This document shows positions 29,458 through 41,285 of a stretch of DNA of 64,000 bases, piece after piece. Position 1 is the first letter of the stretch. Each line of letters opens with the position of its first letter. The translations under genes were made by a program, and so were the position numbers. Where the stretch lies: NCBI GenBank assembly GCA_965277405.1, contig OZ255726.1, positions 384,001 to 448,000 of the forward strand, written 5' to 3'. This stretch comes from Gammaproteobacteria bacterium. Lineage in GTDB: Bacteria; Pseudomonadota; Gammaproteobacteria; G965277405. The notes below the pieces were generated by a model that worked only from the letters and a program-made list of their open reading frames with translations, was not told where the DNA came from and did no database searches.

Positions 29458-29964
29458 ATGGCAATTCCTATTCGTAGGAGAGTAATTACAGTTAGTAAGA
29501 AATTTTCCCAGTTTGCGAATGCTATCGGTGTGCTCTGCTTCCTTGTGGTATTTATTGGATTCATCATTCAAATTTTCTATCGTTACGTACTCAACGACCC
29601 GATACGCTGGACAGAAGAGATGATCATGATCGGATTTATTTGGTCAGTCTTCTGGGCTAATGCATTCATGGTGCCGATCAATCAGCATGTCTCATTAGAT
29701 GTTGTGTACGACATAGCATCAGCCAAAGTAAAGCGTGTCCTAGCAATTATATCGATGGCAGCGGTCATCATTGCCTTTATAACTTTATTTCCAGCTACAA
29801 TCGACTACCTTGATTTTCTTACTCGTAAAAAAAGCCCAGTGTTACGACTCCCAATGCATTGGATTTACGCCTGCTATTTATTATTTATTGTTGGCTTTAC
29901 TGTGCAAGCTGGAAAGCGGCTGTTGCGCCTCACAAGTTCTAACTGGCGTAAAAATCTTTCATAG
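29458..29964 (+). CDS. dctQ: TRAP transporter small permease
   Basis: RYVLNDPIRWTEE, HVSLDV, 4 TM. Confidence 0.9.
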   Translation: MAIPIRRRVITVSKKFSQFANAIGVLCFLVVFIGFIIQIFYRYVLNDPIRWTEEMIMIGFIWSVFWANAFMVPINQHVSLDVVYDIASAKVKRVLAIISMAAVIIAFITLFPATIDYLDFLTRKKSPVLRLPMHWIYACYLLFIVGFTVQAGKRLLRLTSSNWRKNLS

Positions 29965-29975
29965 AAACACTGCCG

Positions 29976-31280
29976 ATGGGATTCATCGAAGATAACGCTC
30001 TCCTGCTTATGGTTTGTATCTTGATTGTCACAACAATTTCAGGGCTGCCTTTAGGAATTGCCATGATCGCTTCCAGCGTATTCTACTTACTAATGTCTGG
30101 CAGCGATGTAGGACTTGCTGCAGAACATGTGCTGAACGGAACGTTTGGTAATTTTATAGCTTTAGCAGTCCCTTTATTTATTTTTGCTGCAAATATTATG
30201 AATGCGGGGAAAATAACCGATAGGTTGCTGACGTTTGCTCTGACTCTGATAGGCGGAGTTCCTGGCGGTCTTGCACAAGTAAATATTCTCACGTCTTTAA
30301 TATTTTCTGGAATGTCGGGTTCTGCAATTTCAGATGCGGCTGGCGTCGGTAAAATTATCACTAATATGATGACTAAAGACGGACGTTATCCCCGCGGTTT
30401 TGCAGGAGCATTAACTGCAACAACAGCGGTCGTGGGTCCTATCTTCCCACCTTCCATCCCGATGGTTTTCTATGCGCTGATCTCATCGACATCAGTTGGT
30501 GCGTTGTTCATTGCAGGTATTGTGCCTGCATTTATGGTATGTCTTGCGCTTGGTGTCGCCGTATACATAATGTCCAAAATACGCGGGTTTCCAATTGAAA
30601 CAGGCGGTACACTCCGTGCGCTGCCATTCGCCTTTATCAAAGCATTTCCTGCATTGTTGATGCCAGTCATTCTGCTTGGAGGCATCTATTCAGGTGTTTT
30701 TACACCGACAGAAGCAGCTGCAGCCGCATCTTTGTATGCACTATTACTTGCGGTTTTTGCCTACAGAGTTTTGGGAATAATAGGATTTTGGAACATCACG
30801 GTCGACACTGTACGCACTACGGCAGTCGTGACACTCGTGCTTGGTGGCGCGTTTATATTTAACTATGTAATTACTGTAGAACAACTGCCACAAAACATCT
30901 TCGCAATCTTTGACTCATGGGATTTATCCAGAATACAATTTTTACTATTGCTGAATCTACTCTTTTTAATCCTCGGATGTTTCCTTGACGTATCAACAAT
31001 TATGCTGGTTGTTACGCCTTTATTTATCCCAAGTGCGGTGAAGTTAGGCATTGATTTGCACTTCTTGGGGGTGGTATTAGTGTTTAACATGATGATTGGG
31101 CTTATCACACCTCCATACGGGATATTACTCTACATTATTAAAGCACTGAACGGGATACCAATTAGGGAAATGGTTCGAGAAGTGTGGATATTTATAGCCA
31201 TTCTGATTGCACTTTTACTTTTTTTTACTGTATCTCCTGATTTTATTCTCTGGTTACCGCGCTTGGTTGGAGCTCTATAA
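29976..31280 (+). CDS. dctM: TRAP transporter large permease
   Basis: LAVPLFI, SGSAISD, PPSIPM, TPTEA, GLITPPYG. Confidence 0.94.
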   Translation: MGFIEDNALLLMVCILIVTTISGLPLGIAMIASSVFYLLMSGSDVGLAAEHVLNGTFGNFIALAVPLFIFAANIMNAGKITDRLLTFALTLIGGVPGGLAQVNILTSLIFSGMSGSAISDAAGVGKIITNMMTKDGRYPRGFAGALTATTAVVGPIFPPSIPMVFYALISSTSVGALFIAGIVPAFMVCLALGVAVYIMSKIRGFPIETGGTLRALPFAFIKAFPALLMPVILLGGIYSGVFTPTEAAAAASLYALLLAVFAYRVLGIIGFWNITVDTVRTTAVVTLVLGGAFIFNYVITVEQLPQNIFAIFDSWDLSRIQFLLLLNLLFLILGCFLDVSTIMLVVTPLFIPSAVKLGIDLHFLGVVLVFNMMIGLITPPYGILLYIIKALNGIPIREMVREVWIFIAILIALLLFFTVSPDFILWLPRLVGAL

Positions 31281-31474
31281 AACAAGCGAATACACGTTAT
31301 TATCCCATGTGTAAATATTAACCCCGATCGTTAATGATAGTTCCCACTAGCAAACGGCAGTAACAAAAGAACAATTTCAACACATCAATTTGCGCATACT
31401 CCTAAAACCTTCGCAATTAGCGCTATAGCAAGCACTGTGGATTAATAACTGAGGTTATCAGCTGATAACGCTAA

Positions 31475-31754
31475 GAAACCGCTGATTAAGTCGCTGATGG
31501 AGCGAGTTTGCCGGCAATTGCTGATGATTGCAAGGCGCATGCCGTAGCATATACACCAGGGGATGCAACACAGCAAGTACCGCTGCCGCAAACCCAAAGT
31601 ATATTCAACAGCAGGACGGGAAAAAAGCGGTACTAACGTCGTTGCTGCACTTGGCAATACCCGCAAGACCCACCAGTTTTATCCGCGCACTGTGCTTAAG
31701 TATCATCAGCGTTTTTTCTCCGTCTCGCCCATCATGGACTTAATCAGAGCTTCC
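31475..31754 (-). mobile_element. Complete MITE (loop-insertion subfamily)
   Basis: CTAA duplicated at 31471-31474 and 31755-31758. Confidence 0.93.
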
Positions 31755-31813
31755 CTAAGCCACAAGGCGTTGATTGGTGGCGAAATAACCAGCGATGATC
31801 TAGGAGATTTGCA

Positions 31814-32968
31814 TTACGCAGATTGTCTAATTTGCGGTCGCATTTTCAGCAAATAAATAAAGCACACAAAATATATACCAATCACGATTGCACCTACCCA
31901 TTGAATCTCTAAGAAGTCAAGGTTGTAGAGCAATGTCAGTATTGTGAGCAACACAATATTACCTACAACGTATTTTACCTTCCCAAGCCGTTTAACTGTG
32001 AGGTTGAGGTTTGTGGTGTACAAGCGGATGAGTGAATCCAGCGAATTGACGACAAACACCAGTCCCACTGCAACCATCGCCACGGTATATATTCCTTCAA
32101 TCGCAATATTGTTTAGGTAATAGCTGTACAATACGCTAAACCACAATGCAAGAGTAATTGAAGGCACTACTAACATCAACAACAGTAATTTCCATACATG
32201 GATACCTGCGGTAAATCTTGCAACAAATTGCCCGATCATAATGCTCCATGCAAACCACCAATATAGATAAAAGGCGTGGTAGTCGTTAAAAGGCAAAATA
32301 AATCCATGAATTTTAGGAAAGTATCCACTAACCAATAGACCTAAATTGTCAGCCATTTCTGAAAAGCCCATTCCTGAGCTGAACCACATAAAGACAATCA
32401 GCGCGAAAAAAAGATACGAGGAATACACACTCAAAATGCGAACATATTTAATATGAGTGCTCGAAAAGACCGCTAATACAATGGCGGCTAATACCATTAC
32501 ATAAAATAATGGAGCGATGCTCTCTCCATCTCCAATATCTGGCATATACCATGGTAAATTTATTAGCAATAAATATCCAGTGAACGCGCATGTACCAATA
32601 ATGATAATATTGTTCAATATACGTACTGGTGCAAGTTCAAAAAATTTCACCTTTGGCTCAATTATTGAAAAATATGCCGTTGTTAAAAAATAGAACGTCC
32701 AAATCAAAAAGCCCCAAAATGCAAACTCAATTGATAATGGGTTGGAGAATGCATACGTCGCATCTGCTGCAGTATCTGCATACACAGGAAATTCTGTTAG
32801 CGGAAACATAATCAATCCAACGTCAAGACCTGATGTAAAAAGGATTGTTATAAAGACCCATGAACCAACTTTATATTGGCTTTCACAACGCTCACCACCC
32901 CAACGCAGCAGAATGAATACTGACGCTAATAATGTGAAAATAATTCCTACAGATAAAAATGTGTTCAT
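31814..32968 (-). CDS. Short BCCT-family transporter (probable choline uptake)
   Basis: LFTSGLDVGLIMFP, YWWFAWSIMIGQFVARF, NSLDS; directly downstream of betA. Confidence 0.82.
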   Translation of the reverse strand: MNTFLSVGIIFTLLASVFILLRWGGERCESQYKVGSWVFITILFTSGLDVGLIMFPLTEFPVYADTAADATYAFSNPLSIEFAFWGFLIWTFYFLTTAYFSIIEPKVKFFELAPVRILNNIIIIGTCAFTGYLLLINLPWYMPDIGDGESIAPLFYVMVLAAIVLAVFSSTHIKYVRILSVYSSYLFFALIVFMWFSSGMGFSEMADNLGLLVSGYFPKIHGFILPFNDYHAFYLYWWFAWSIMIGQFVARFTAGIHVWKLLLLMLVVPSITLALWFSVLYSYYLNNIAIEGIYTVAMVAVGLVFVVNSLDSLIRLYTTNLNLTVKRLGKVKYVVGNIVLLTILTLLYNLDFLEIQWVGAIVIGIYFVCFIYLLKMRPQIRQSA

Positions 32969-33110
32969 GCTTTCCCCCTTAATAAAAAGCTAAATGTAAT
33001 GATATAATAGAAAACAGCGTGTGTAGCAATTATGCCAACACAGACTATTCGATGGTTAAATTGTAACAGAATATGCGAGCCATTGATGCAAAAGATGATA
33101 AAAGGCGTAG

Positions 33111-33406
33111 GGAATCTCTGATTAATTCCATGATGGGCGAGACGGAGAAAAAACGCTGATGAAACTTAAGCGCAGCTAACACTGGTGGGTCTTGTGGGTC
33201 TTGTGGGTATTGCCAAGTGCAGCAACGACGTTAGTACCGCTTTTTTCCCGTCGTTGTGTTGAATATACTTTGAGTTTGCGGCAGTGGTACTTGCTGTGTT
33301 GCATCCCTTGGCGTATATGCTAGGTAATGCGCTTAGCGGTTTGCGCCTTGCAATCATCAGCAATTACCATCAAACTCGCGCCATCAGCGACTTAATCAGA
33401 GCTTCC
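33111..33406 (+). mobile_element. Complete MITE (loop-insertion subfamily) abutting the betA stop codon
   Basis: Both TIRs; flanks GTAG / TTAG; internal GGGTCTTGT repeat. Confidence 0.92.
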
Positions 33407-35017
33407 TTAGTAAGTATCCGCAATTTTCTCGGCTAACATAATCGTTGGTGCATTTAAATTTCCATTGGTTATATGTGGCATGATTGAACTATCGACAACG
33501 CGTAGATTATTCATGGTGTGGACTTTACCGTTGCTATCGACGACAGCATTGCCATCTACACCCATTTTACAAGTGCACGATGCATGAATCGCCGACTCGG
33601 CATTGTCCCGAAAAAACGCATCTATATCTTCATCTTTTTGTACAGAAACACCAGGCTTCACCTCTTGCAACACAAAGTCTTGCATTGCAGGTTGTTTGAA
33701 AATTTCACGGGTCATGCGCACGCCATTGCGAATATCTTGCCAATCTTCTGCGTGGCTCATGTAATTAAAGCAAATCTCAGGTGCTTGGCTAGGATCCGCA
33801 GATTTAAGCCGCACATGACCACGCGATTTAGATAAATTTGCCCCCAAATGTACTTGGAAGCCGTGCGATTGCAAACCGCTTTTACCATCGTATGAAATAG
33901 CCAAGGGTAAAAAATGGTATTGTAAATTTGGGTATGGCTTGCTTGAATCTGACCTGAGGAATGCGCCCGCCTCAAAGTGATTTGTGGCACCAAGCCCACT
34001 TTTACTCAATAACCAACGCCCGCCAATATACGCTTTGCCCCAAATATTCATATATTTATACAGCGAAACTGGTTGCTTACACGCGTATTGCATATACACC
34101 TCTAAATGATCTTGTAAGTTTTTTCCAACGCCTGGTAAATGACTGACGACATCAATACCCAGCTGTTGCAAGTCATGCTGATCACCTATACCTGACAACT
34201 GCAATAGTGTAGGGCTCATAATTGCACCAGCAGCCAGAATAACTTCTTGGCGCGCATGGATAGTTTTTGTTGTATTTAAAAATGCTATCTCCACCCCCGT
34301 TGCAGTCGAGGCGACACAATTAACTTTATTCACAAATGTATTGAGAACGACCGTTAAATTGCTGCGATGTTGAATATCTTTAATATACGCCAGCGCAGCA
34401 GAGCAACGAACACCATTGCGTACCGTCATTTGCTTGTGAAAAAATCCTTCTTGCGAGCCAGCGTTATAGTCGTCAATAATAGGATAGCCCGCTTGGTTGC
34501 CAGCAAGGGTGAACGCTTTAAACAACGGCGTGTACCAATTGCCTTTGGTAACTGTCAACGGGCCTTCGCTACCGCGATACGCTGGGTCGGCACTTTTATC
34601 AAATGTTTCCATTTTTTTGAAATACGGCAATACATCTTGATACGACCAACCCGTAGCGCCAAGTTGTTCCCAACCATCATAGTCTTTTGGGTTGCCACGG
34701 ACAAAAATCATCCCATTTGTAGACGATGAACCTCCCAGCACTTTGCCGCGTGGTTGATGGAGGCGGCGATTGCCTAGATGCACTTCAGGTTCAGTAAAAA
34801 ACCGCCAATCGTATTTGGTAGAATTGAGTGGAATCGAAAGCGCAGATGGCATTTTTATAAACATGCTGTTATCAAGCCCGCCGTATTCAATCAACAATAC
34901 AGAGTTGGCTGGATTGGCGCTGAGCCTATTCGCCATAACACAGCCTGCAGAACCAGACCCGACAATGACATAGTCATAACTGTCAATTGCTAATTTTGCT
35001 GGTGATTGTATAATCAT
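33407..35017 (-). CDS. betA: Choline dehydrogenase (GMC oxidoreductase)
   Basis: GSGSAGC, RGKVLGGSSS, NLQDHLE, NHFEAGAF, LQYHFLP, TNGNLNAPTIM. Confidence 0.9.
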   Translation of the reverse strand: MIIQSPAKLAIDSYDYVIVGSGSAGCVMANRLSANPANSVLLIEYGGLDNSMFIKMPSALSIPLNSTKYDWRFFTEPEVHLGNRRLHQPRGKVLGGSSSTNGMIFVRGNPKDYDGWEQLGATGWSYQDVLPYFKKMETFDKSADPAYRGSEGPLTVTKGNWYTPLFKAFTLAGNQAGYPIIDDYNAGSQEGFFHKQMTVRNGVRCSAALAYIKDIQHRSNLTVVLNTFVNKVNCVASTATGVEIAFLNTTKTIHARQEVILAAGAIMSPTLLQLSGIGDQHDLQQLGIDVVSHLPGVGKNLQDHLEVYMQYACKQPVSLYKYMNIWGKAYIGGRWLLSKSGLGATNHFEAGAFLRSDSSKPYPNLQYHFLPLAISYDGKSGLQSHGFQVHLGANLSKSRGHVRLKSADPSQAPEICFNYMSHAEDWQDIRNGVRMTREIFKQPAMQDFVLQEVKPGVSVQKDEDIDAFFRDNAESAIHASCTCKMGVDGNAVVDSNGKVHTMNNLRVVDSSIMPHITNGNLNAPTIMLAEKIADTY

Positions 35018-35020
35018 GCT

Positions 35021-35053
35021 GTCTCCCCCATCATGGCCTTAATCAGAGTTTCC
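35021..35053 (-). repeat. MITE IRL-end remnant immediately upstream of betA
   Basis: GTCTCCCCCATCATGGCCTTAATCAGAGTTTCC-CTAA vs consensus GTCTCGCCCATCATGGACTTAATCAGAGCTTCC. Confidence 0.85.
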
Positions 35054-35111
35054 CTAAATTCAGAATTTATGCTAACTATAAGGACCATCTCAAAATAGTT
35101 TTGCGCTATTA

Positions 35112-35744
35112 TTACACGCGTATTTTAACGCCAATAAACAAGCCTTTTTCTAATTGTTTGCTGCTATCCCCGTGATGCAGCTTACCGTCACTGAACACCA
35201 CACTATAATCGCGTAAACCGATTACACCTATCGCAGACGGTGTCAGTAAAAATTCATTAACCAATTGTAATTGTAGTAATTCCTCAACCTTGCCACCATT
35301 TATTTGATGTGGTGAATAGTCAATTTTTAAAAACGTAGTAATTGGTATAGACGTTAAAAATCGATAACCAAAATTACCACCAAGCATTGCGCCAAAACCA
35401 TAAATCGTTTCTGAGCCTGTAGCAACACTTTGACTTTGATTCGGCTCGATATAATGCGAAGAGGCAAATAAGCGCATGCTGAGAGAAAAAATCCATGGCG
35501 AAGAACTGTCACCTTCAAGCGGTGATTTAAGATCCCAACTCAGCAATGTATCCTTTGTGTTAGTGTTATAAAATATCGACATGCCCATATCAAAATTTGT
35601 TTCATACACATCACCGCCAAATGCTGTGAACTCTGCAGAATCCTTGCCAAGATCAAGACCAAAAACAGCCGCATGACTATGGGTTGCTAGCAACAATAAT
35701 GCAATTGCAGCAGTGGTACAAATATGGCGAATAAAACACATCAT
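35112..35744 (-). CDS. Outer-membrane beta-barrel protein (YfaZ-like)
   Basis: Signal peptide, alternating beta-strand pattern, C-terminal GLFIGVKIRV. Confidence 0.55.
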   Translation of the reverse strand: MMCFIRHICTTAAIALLLLATHSHAAVFGLDLGKDSAEFTAFGGDVYETNFDMGMSIFYNTNTKDTLLSWDLKSPLEGDSSSPWIFSLSMRLFASSHYIEPNQSQSVATGSETIYGFGAMLGGNFGYRFLTSIPITTFLKIDYSPHQINGGKVEELLQLQLVNEFLLTPSAIGVIGLRDYSVVFSDGKLHHGDSSKQLEKGLFIGVKIRV

Positions 35745-36661
35745 TGTTGCTCGCGTTGAAATTGTTCAAGCTCTTCTGGCACCAAGTCTTTTTTATCAAT
35801 GTTTTGCCAAATGAGAACGTTGCATAGAATATATAGGGAAGAATATGTGCCGACAACCACCCCACAAATTAAAGCAATAGCAAATGGTAACAGCCCTTCA
35901 CCACCGAAAAAAGCTAGTGCTAGTAATACTAAGAGCGTTGTCAGCGACGTATTGACTGTCCGACCGAATATTTTAGACAGTGCTTCATCAATCAATTCTA
36001 TTTTATCTGCATACTTTGCGTCAATAAACGATTCGCGAATGCGATCAGCAACGACGATCGAGTCATTGAGTGAATAACCAATAATTGCCAGAATTGCAGC
36101 GAGCACAGTGAGGTCAAACGTGATCTGCAACAGCGCAAACAACCCCAGAGTTAACACAACATCATGCACTAATGCGATAACAGCGCCGATTGCAAACTTA
36201 AACTGAAATCGAAATGATACATAAATCAATACCAGCGCCAATGCCAATAATAATGCCAGACCGCCTTGGTCGCGGAGTTCTTCACCAACTTGCCCGCCGA
36301 CATACTCTTGCCGTAATAATTCAAAGGTAATCCCAGCTGAATTCAGTGCAGTCACAACTGTATTTGCAGTGCTTCCTTGCTGCTCTCCACCAGGAAGACG
36401 AATTAATAGGGTTTGTTTATCACCAAATTGCTGAACTTTTGCTTCGGTAAATCCTGCCGTCTTTAATACATCGCGCACAGCCTGTGGTGGTAAATCGCTA
36501 CTTATTTCAAGTAAATTTCCACCGATAAAGTCGAGCCCGTACTGTAGCCCATTAGTAAACAACAGCACTACCGAGCCCAGCACAAGCACCATTGATACCG
36601 CAGCGCATATTTTTCTAATGCGCATAAAGTGCCAATTTACTTCAAAGTGCAAGCGTTTCAT
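35741..36661 (-). CDS. secF: Protein translocase subunit SecF
   Basis: GLDFIGG, HDVV, GYSLNDSIVVADRIRE, GTYSS. Confidence 0.95.
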   Translation of the reverse strand: MKRLHFEVNWHFMRIRKICAAVSMVLVLGSVVLLFTNGLQYGLDFIGGNLLEISSDLPPQAVRDVLKTAGFTEAKVQQFGDKQTLLIRLPGGEQQGSTANTVVTALNSAGITFELLRQEYVGGQVGEELRDQGGLALLLALALVLIYVSFRFQFKFAIGAVIALVHDVVLTLGLFALLQITFDLTVLAAILAIIGYSLNDSIVVADRIRESFIDAKYADKIELIDEALSKIFGRTVNTSLTTLLVLLALAFFGGEGLLPFAIALICGVVVGTYSSLYILCNVLIWQNIDKKDLVPEELEQFQREQQ

Positions 36662-36680
36662 GGAATTAATCAGGTGGTCC

Positions 36681-38549
36681 TTAGATATACAACTCTTTAA
36701 TATTACGGTTGCCAATGCTAAAATCAATGATTGCGCGGGTAAACATTACCGCTGTAAACATTGATGCCAAAATACCTATGGACAGCGTAACAGCAAAGCC
36801 TTTTACTGGTCCAGTTCCTACTGCGAACAAAATGACAGCAACAAGTAAAGTGGTAACATTTGCATCTACAATCGTCACAAATGCACGGTTAAAACCTGTA
36901 TGAATAGCTGGACGCGGTGTCACCCCACGCAACAACTCTTCACGAATTCTGGAGAATATTAACACATTGGCATCGACTGCCATCCCAATAGTCAAGATAA
37001 TTCCAGCTATTCCAGGCAGCGTTAATGTTGCAGAAATAGCAGACATTACCGCCACCACGATGACTAAATTAACCAACAACGCAATATTCGCAAGCAAGCC
37101 AAACAATTGATAATACACCAACATAAACACCAACACCAACGCCAAACCTACCAGCAATGATTGAATGCCAAGAGCAATGTTTTCTGCGCCTAAACTCGGA
37201 CCAATAGTCCGTTCTTCCACAATATACACAGGTGCCGCCAAGGCCCCTGCGCGCAATAAAATAGCAAGTTCAACAGCCTCTGACTGGCTCTGCAAGCCGG
37301 TGATGCGAAATTGACTTCCCAATGTTGTTTGTATCGTCGCCAAACTAATGATTTTTTTTGTCACCTTGCTGGTGCGCTCACCAGTTGTCGGGTCAGTCCG
37401 GGCCTTGTGTTCAACAAACAGCACCCCCATTTTACGACCAACTGCAGCACGAGTTGCCGCGCTAATGCGCCCGCCGCCGTCGCTATCTAACTGTATATTT
37501 ACTTGCGGTCGGCTGTTTTCATCAAAGCCTGCTTGCGCATGGACAACGCTGTTGCCGGTGGTGATGATGTCATTCTCAAGTCGTGCGAGATTGTTGCCAT
37601 CACGAAACTTAAATGGTGTTGCCTCACGGTCACCAGCTTTCGCTTCGATACGGAATTCAAGATTGGCGGTAGCGCCTAAAATTCGCTTTGCACTGGCAGT
37701 ATCTTGCACCCCCGGTAGTTCCACAACAATGCGATTGCGTCCTTGTCGTTGCACCAATGGTTCAGCGACGCCCAATTCATCGACACGATTACGCAAGGTA
37801 ATCAAGTTCTGGTCGATGGAAAAACGCTCAATTTCAGCAACATATTCAGAGCGCATCGCCAGCGTTATTCTTGAACCATCAACCCGTACAGTCCAGTCAC
37901 TAAATTCATTTTGAAAGCGTTGACGAACCAGCTCAACGTCGCTGCTGGCAACGATTGACAACGCAACAGCATCAAGTGTTTCACGCCCATTGATCGATTG
38001 CACTTTAATACTTTGCAAATCAGCATACCCAATTCGTTGTTGCCGCATCATTCTCCGTATCAGCCCCATTTGCGTGGTAACCCGTTGGCTGACTGCCGTC
38101 TTCATGTCGACTTCGAGCAAAAAATGGACGCCACCACGCAAATCTAGCCCAAGTTTTATGGGTTTAGCGCCAATGGCTTGCAACCACTGGGGTGTCGTTG
38201 TGGCATTATTTGGCGCCAGCATATAGTTATCCCTCAGCACAAGTTTTAATGCCTCCTGAGCGCGTTTACGCGTTGCTTCATCAACAAATTGCAGCTGCAA
38301 AATATCGCGACCAACAATCCGCTGGATTTTGGTCTTGATTACGGGGATATTTTGGGTGCGTAATACCGATCCCACTCGCTGCTGGAGTCGCTTATCAACT
38401 GCAACTGCGCTTTGTGCTGCAGCTATCTGTAGTGATGGCAACTGTTCAAATACATTTGGTAATGCATACAAAATGCCTGCAACAAGCACAACGATAATAA
38501 GTACGCTTTTGGCGACACTCGTGCGCACATATGCTAAATACTCAGCCAT
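36681..38549 (-). CDS. secD: Protein translocase subunit SecD
   Basis: LGLDLRGGVH, LGVAEP, ERTIGPSLG, GMAVDANVLI. Confidence 0.97.
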   Translation of the reverse strand: MAEYLAYVRTSVAKSVLIIVVLVAGILYALPNVFEQLPSLQIAAAQSAVAVDKRLQQRVGSVLRTQNIPVIKTKIQRIVGRDILQLQFVDEATRKRAQEALKLVLRDNYMLAPNNATTTPQWLQAIGAKPIKLGLDLRGGVHFLLEVDMKTAVSQRVTTQMGLIRRMMRQQRIGYADLQSIKVQSINGRETLDAVALSIVASSDVELVRQRFQNEFSDWTVRVDGSRITLAMRSEYVAEIERFSIDQNLITLRNRVDELGVAEPLVQRQGRNRIVVELPGVQDTASAKRILGATANLEFRIEAKAGDREATPFKFRDGNNLARLENDIITTGNSVVHAQAGFDENSRPQVNIQLDSDGGGRISAATRAAVGRKMGVLFVEHKARTDPTTGERTSKVTKKIISLATIQTTLGSQFRITGLQSQSEAVELAILLRAGALAAPVYIVEERTIGPSLGAENIALGIQSLLVGLALVLVFMLVYYQLFGLLANIALLVNLVIVVAVMSAISATLTLPGIAGIILTIGMAVDANVLIFSRIREELLRGVTPRPAIHTGFNRAFVTIVDANVTTLLVAVILFAVGTGPVKGFAVTLSIGILASMFTAVMFTRAIIDFSIGNRNIKELYI

Positions 38550-38577
38550 GATTAGCCTTAGTCAGAGGATGCGTCAG

Positions 38578-38952
38578 TTATTTCCTTGCTTCGATTGTCT
38601 GTTTTGGCAACACGGCGCTGACGTATTGCTTTTTCAGTTGAATCACTGTGCCTTTGGCAATCTCGACATCAAGCACATCGTCTTTCATCTTTGTCACTTT
38701 ACCCATAATCCCAGATGATGTAACGATCTCATCACCTGCTGCAACGCTGTTAATCAATTGTTTATGCTGCTTGCTGCGTTTACTTTGCGGTCGTATAATC
38801 AAGAAATAAAAAATACCAACAAATGCCACCAACAACAATATCTGTTCGTATCCACCAAAAGGAGAGGCGGGTTCCCCGGCAGAGTCGGATTCCTCTGCAG
38901 CGGAGGCGAAGCTTGGAGCAAGTAACAGCGTAAGCAGCGAGTGTTTTAACAT
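38578..38952 (-). CDS. yajC: Preprotein translocase subunit YajC
   Basis: FYFLIIRPQSKR, GDEIVTSSGIMG; position between tgt and secD. Confidence 0.94.
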   Translation of the reverse strand: MLKHSLLTLLLAPSFASAAEESDSAGEPASPFGGYEQILLLVAFVGIFYFLIIRPQSKRSKQHKQLINSVAAGDEIVTSSGIMGKVTKMKDDVLDVEIAKGTVIQLKKQYVSAVLPKQTIEARK

Positions 38953-38969
38953 AATGATTCCTATATAAT

Positions 38970-41284
<2,315 letters not shown>

Positions 41285-41285
41285 G

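Noticed and set aside
38556-38573. TIR-like GCCTTAGTCAGAGGATGC upstream of secD (a similar sequence lies near 57603)
   Set aside because: Four mismatches in 18 bp and no adjoining element sequence; cannot be distinguished from chance by eye.
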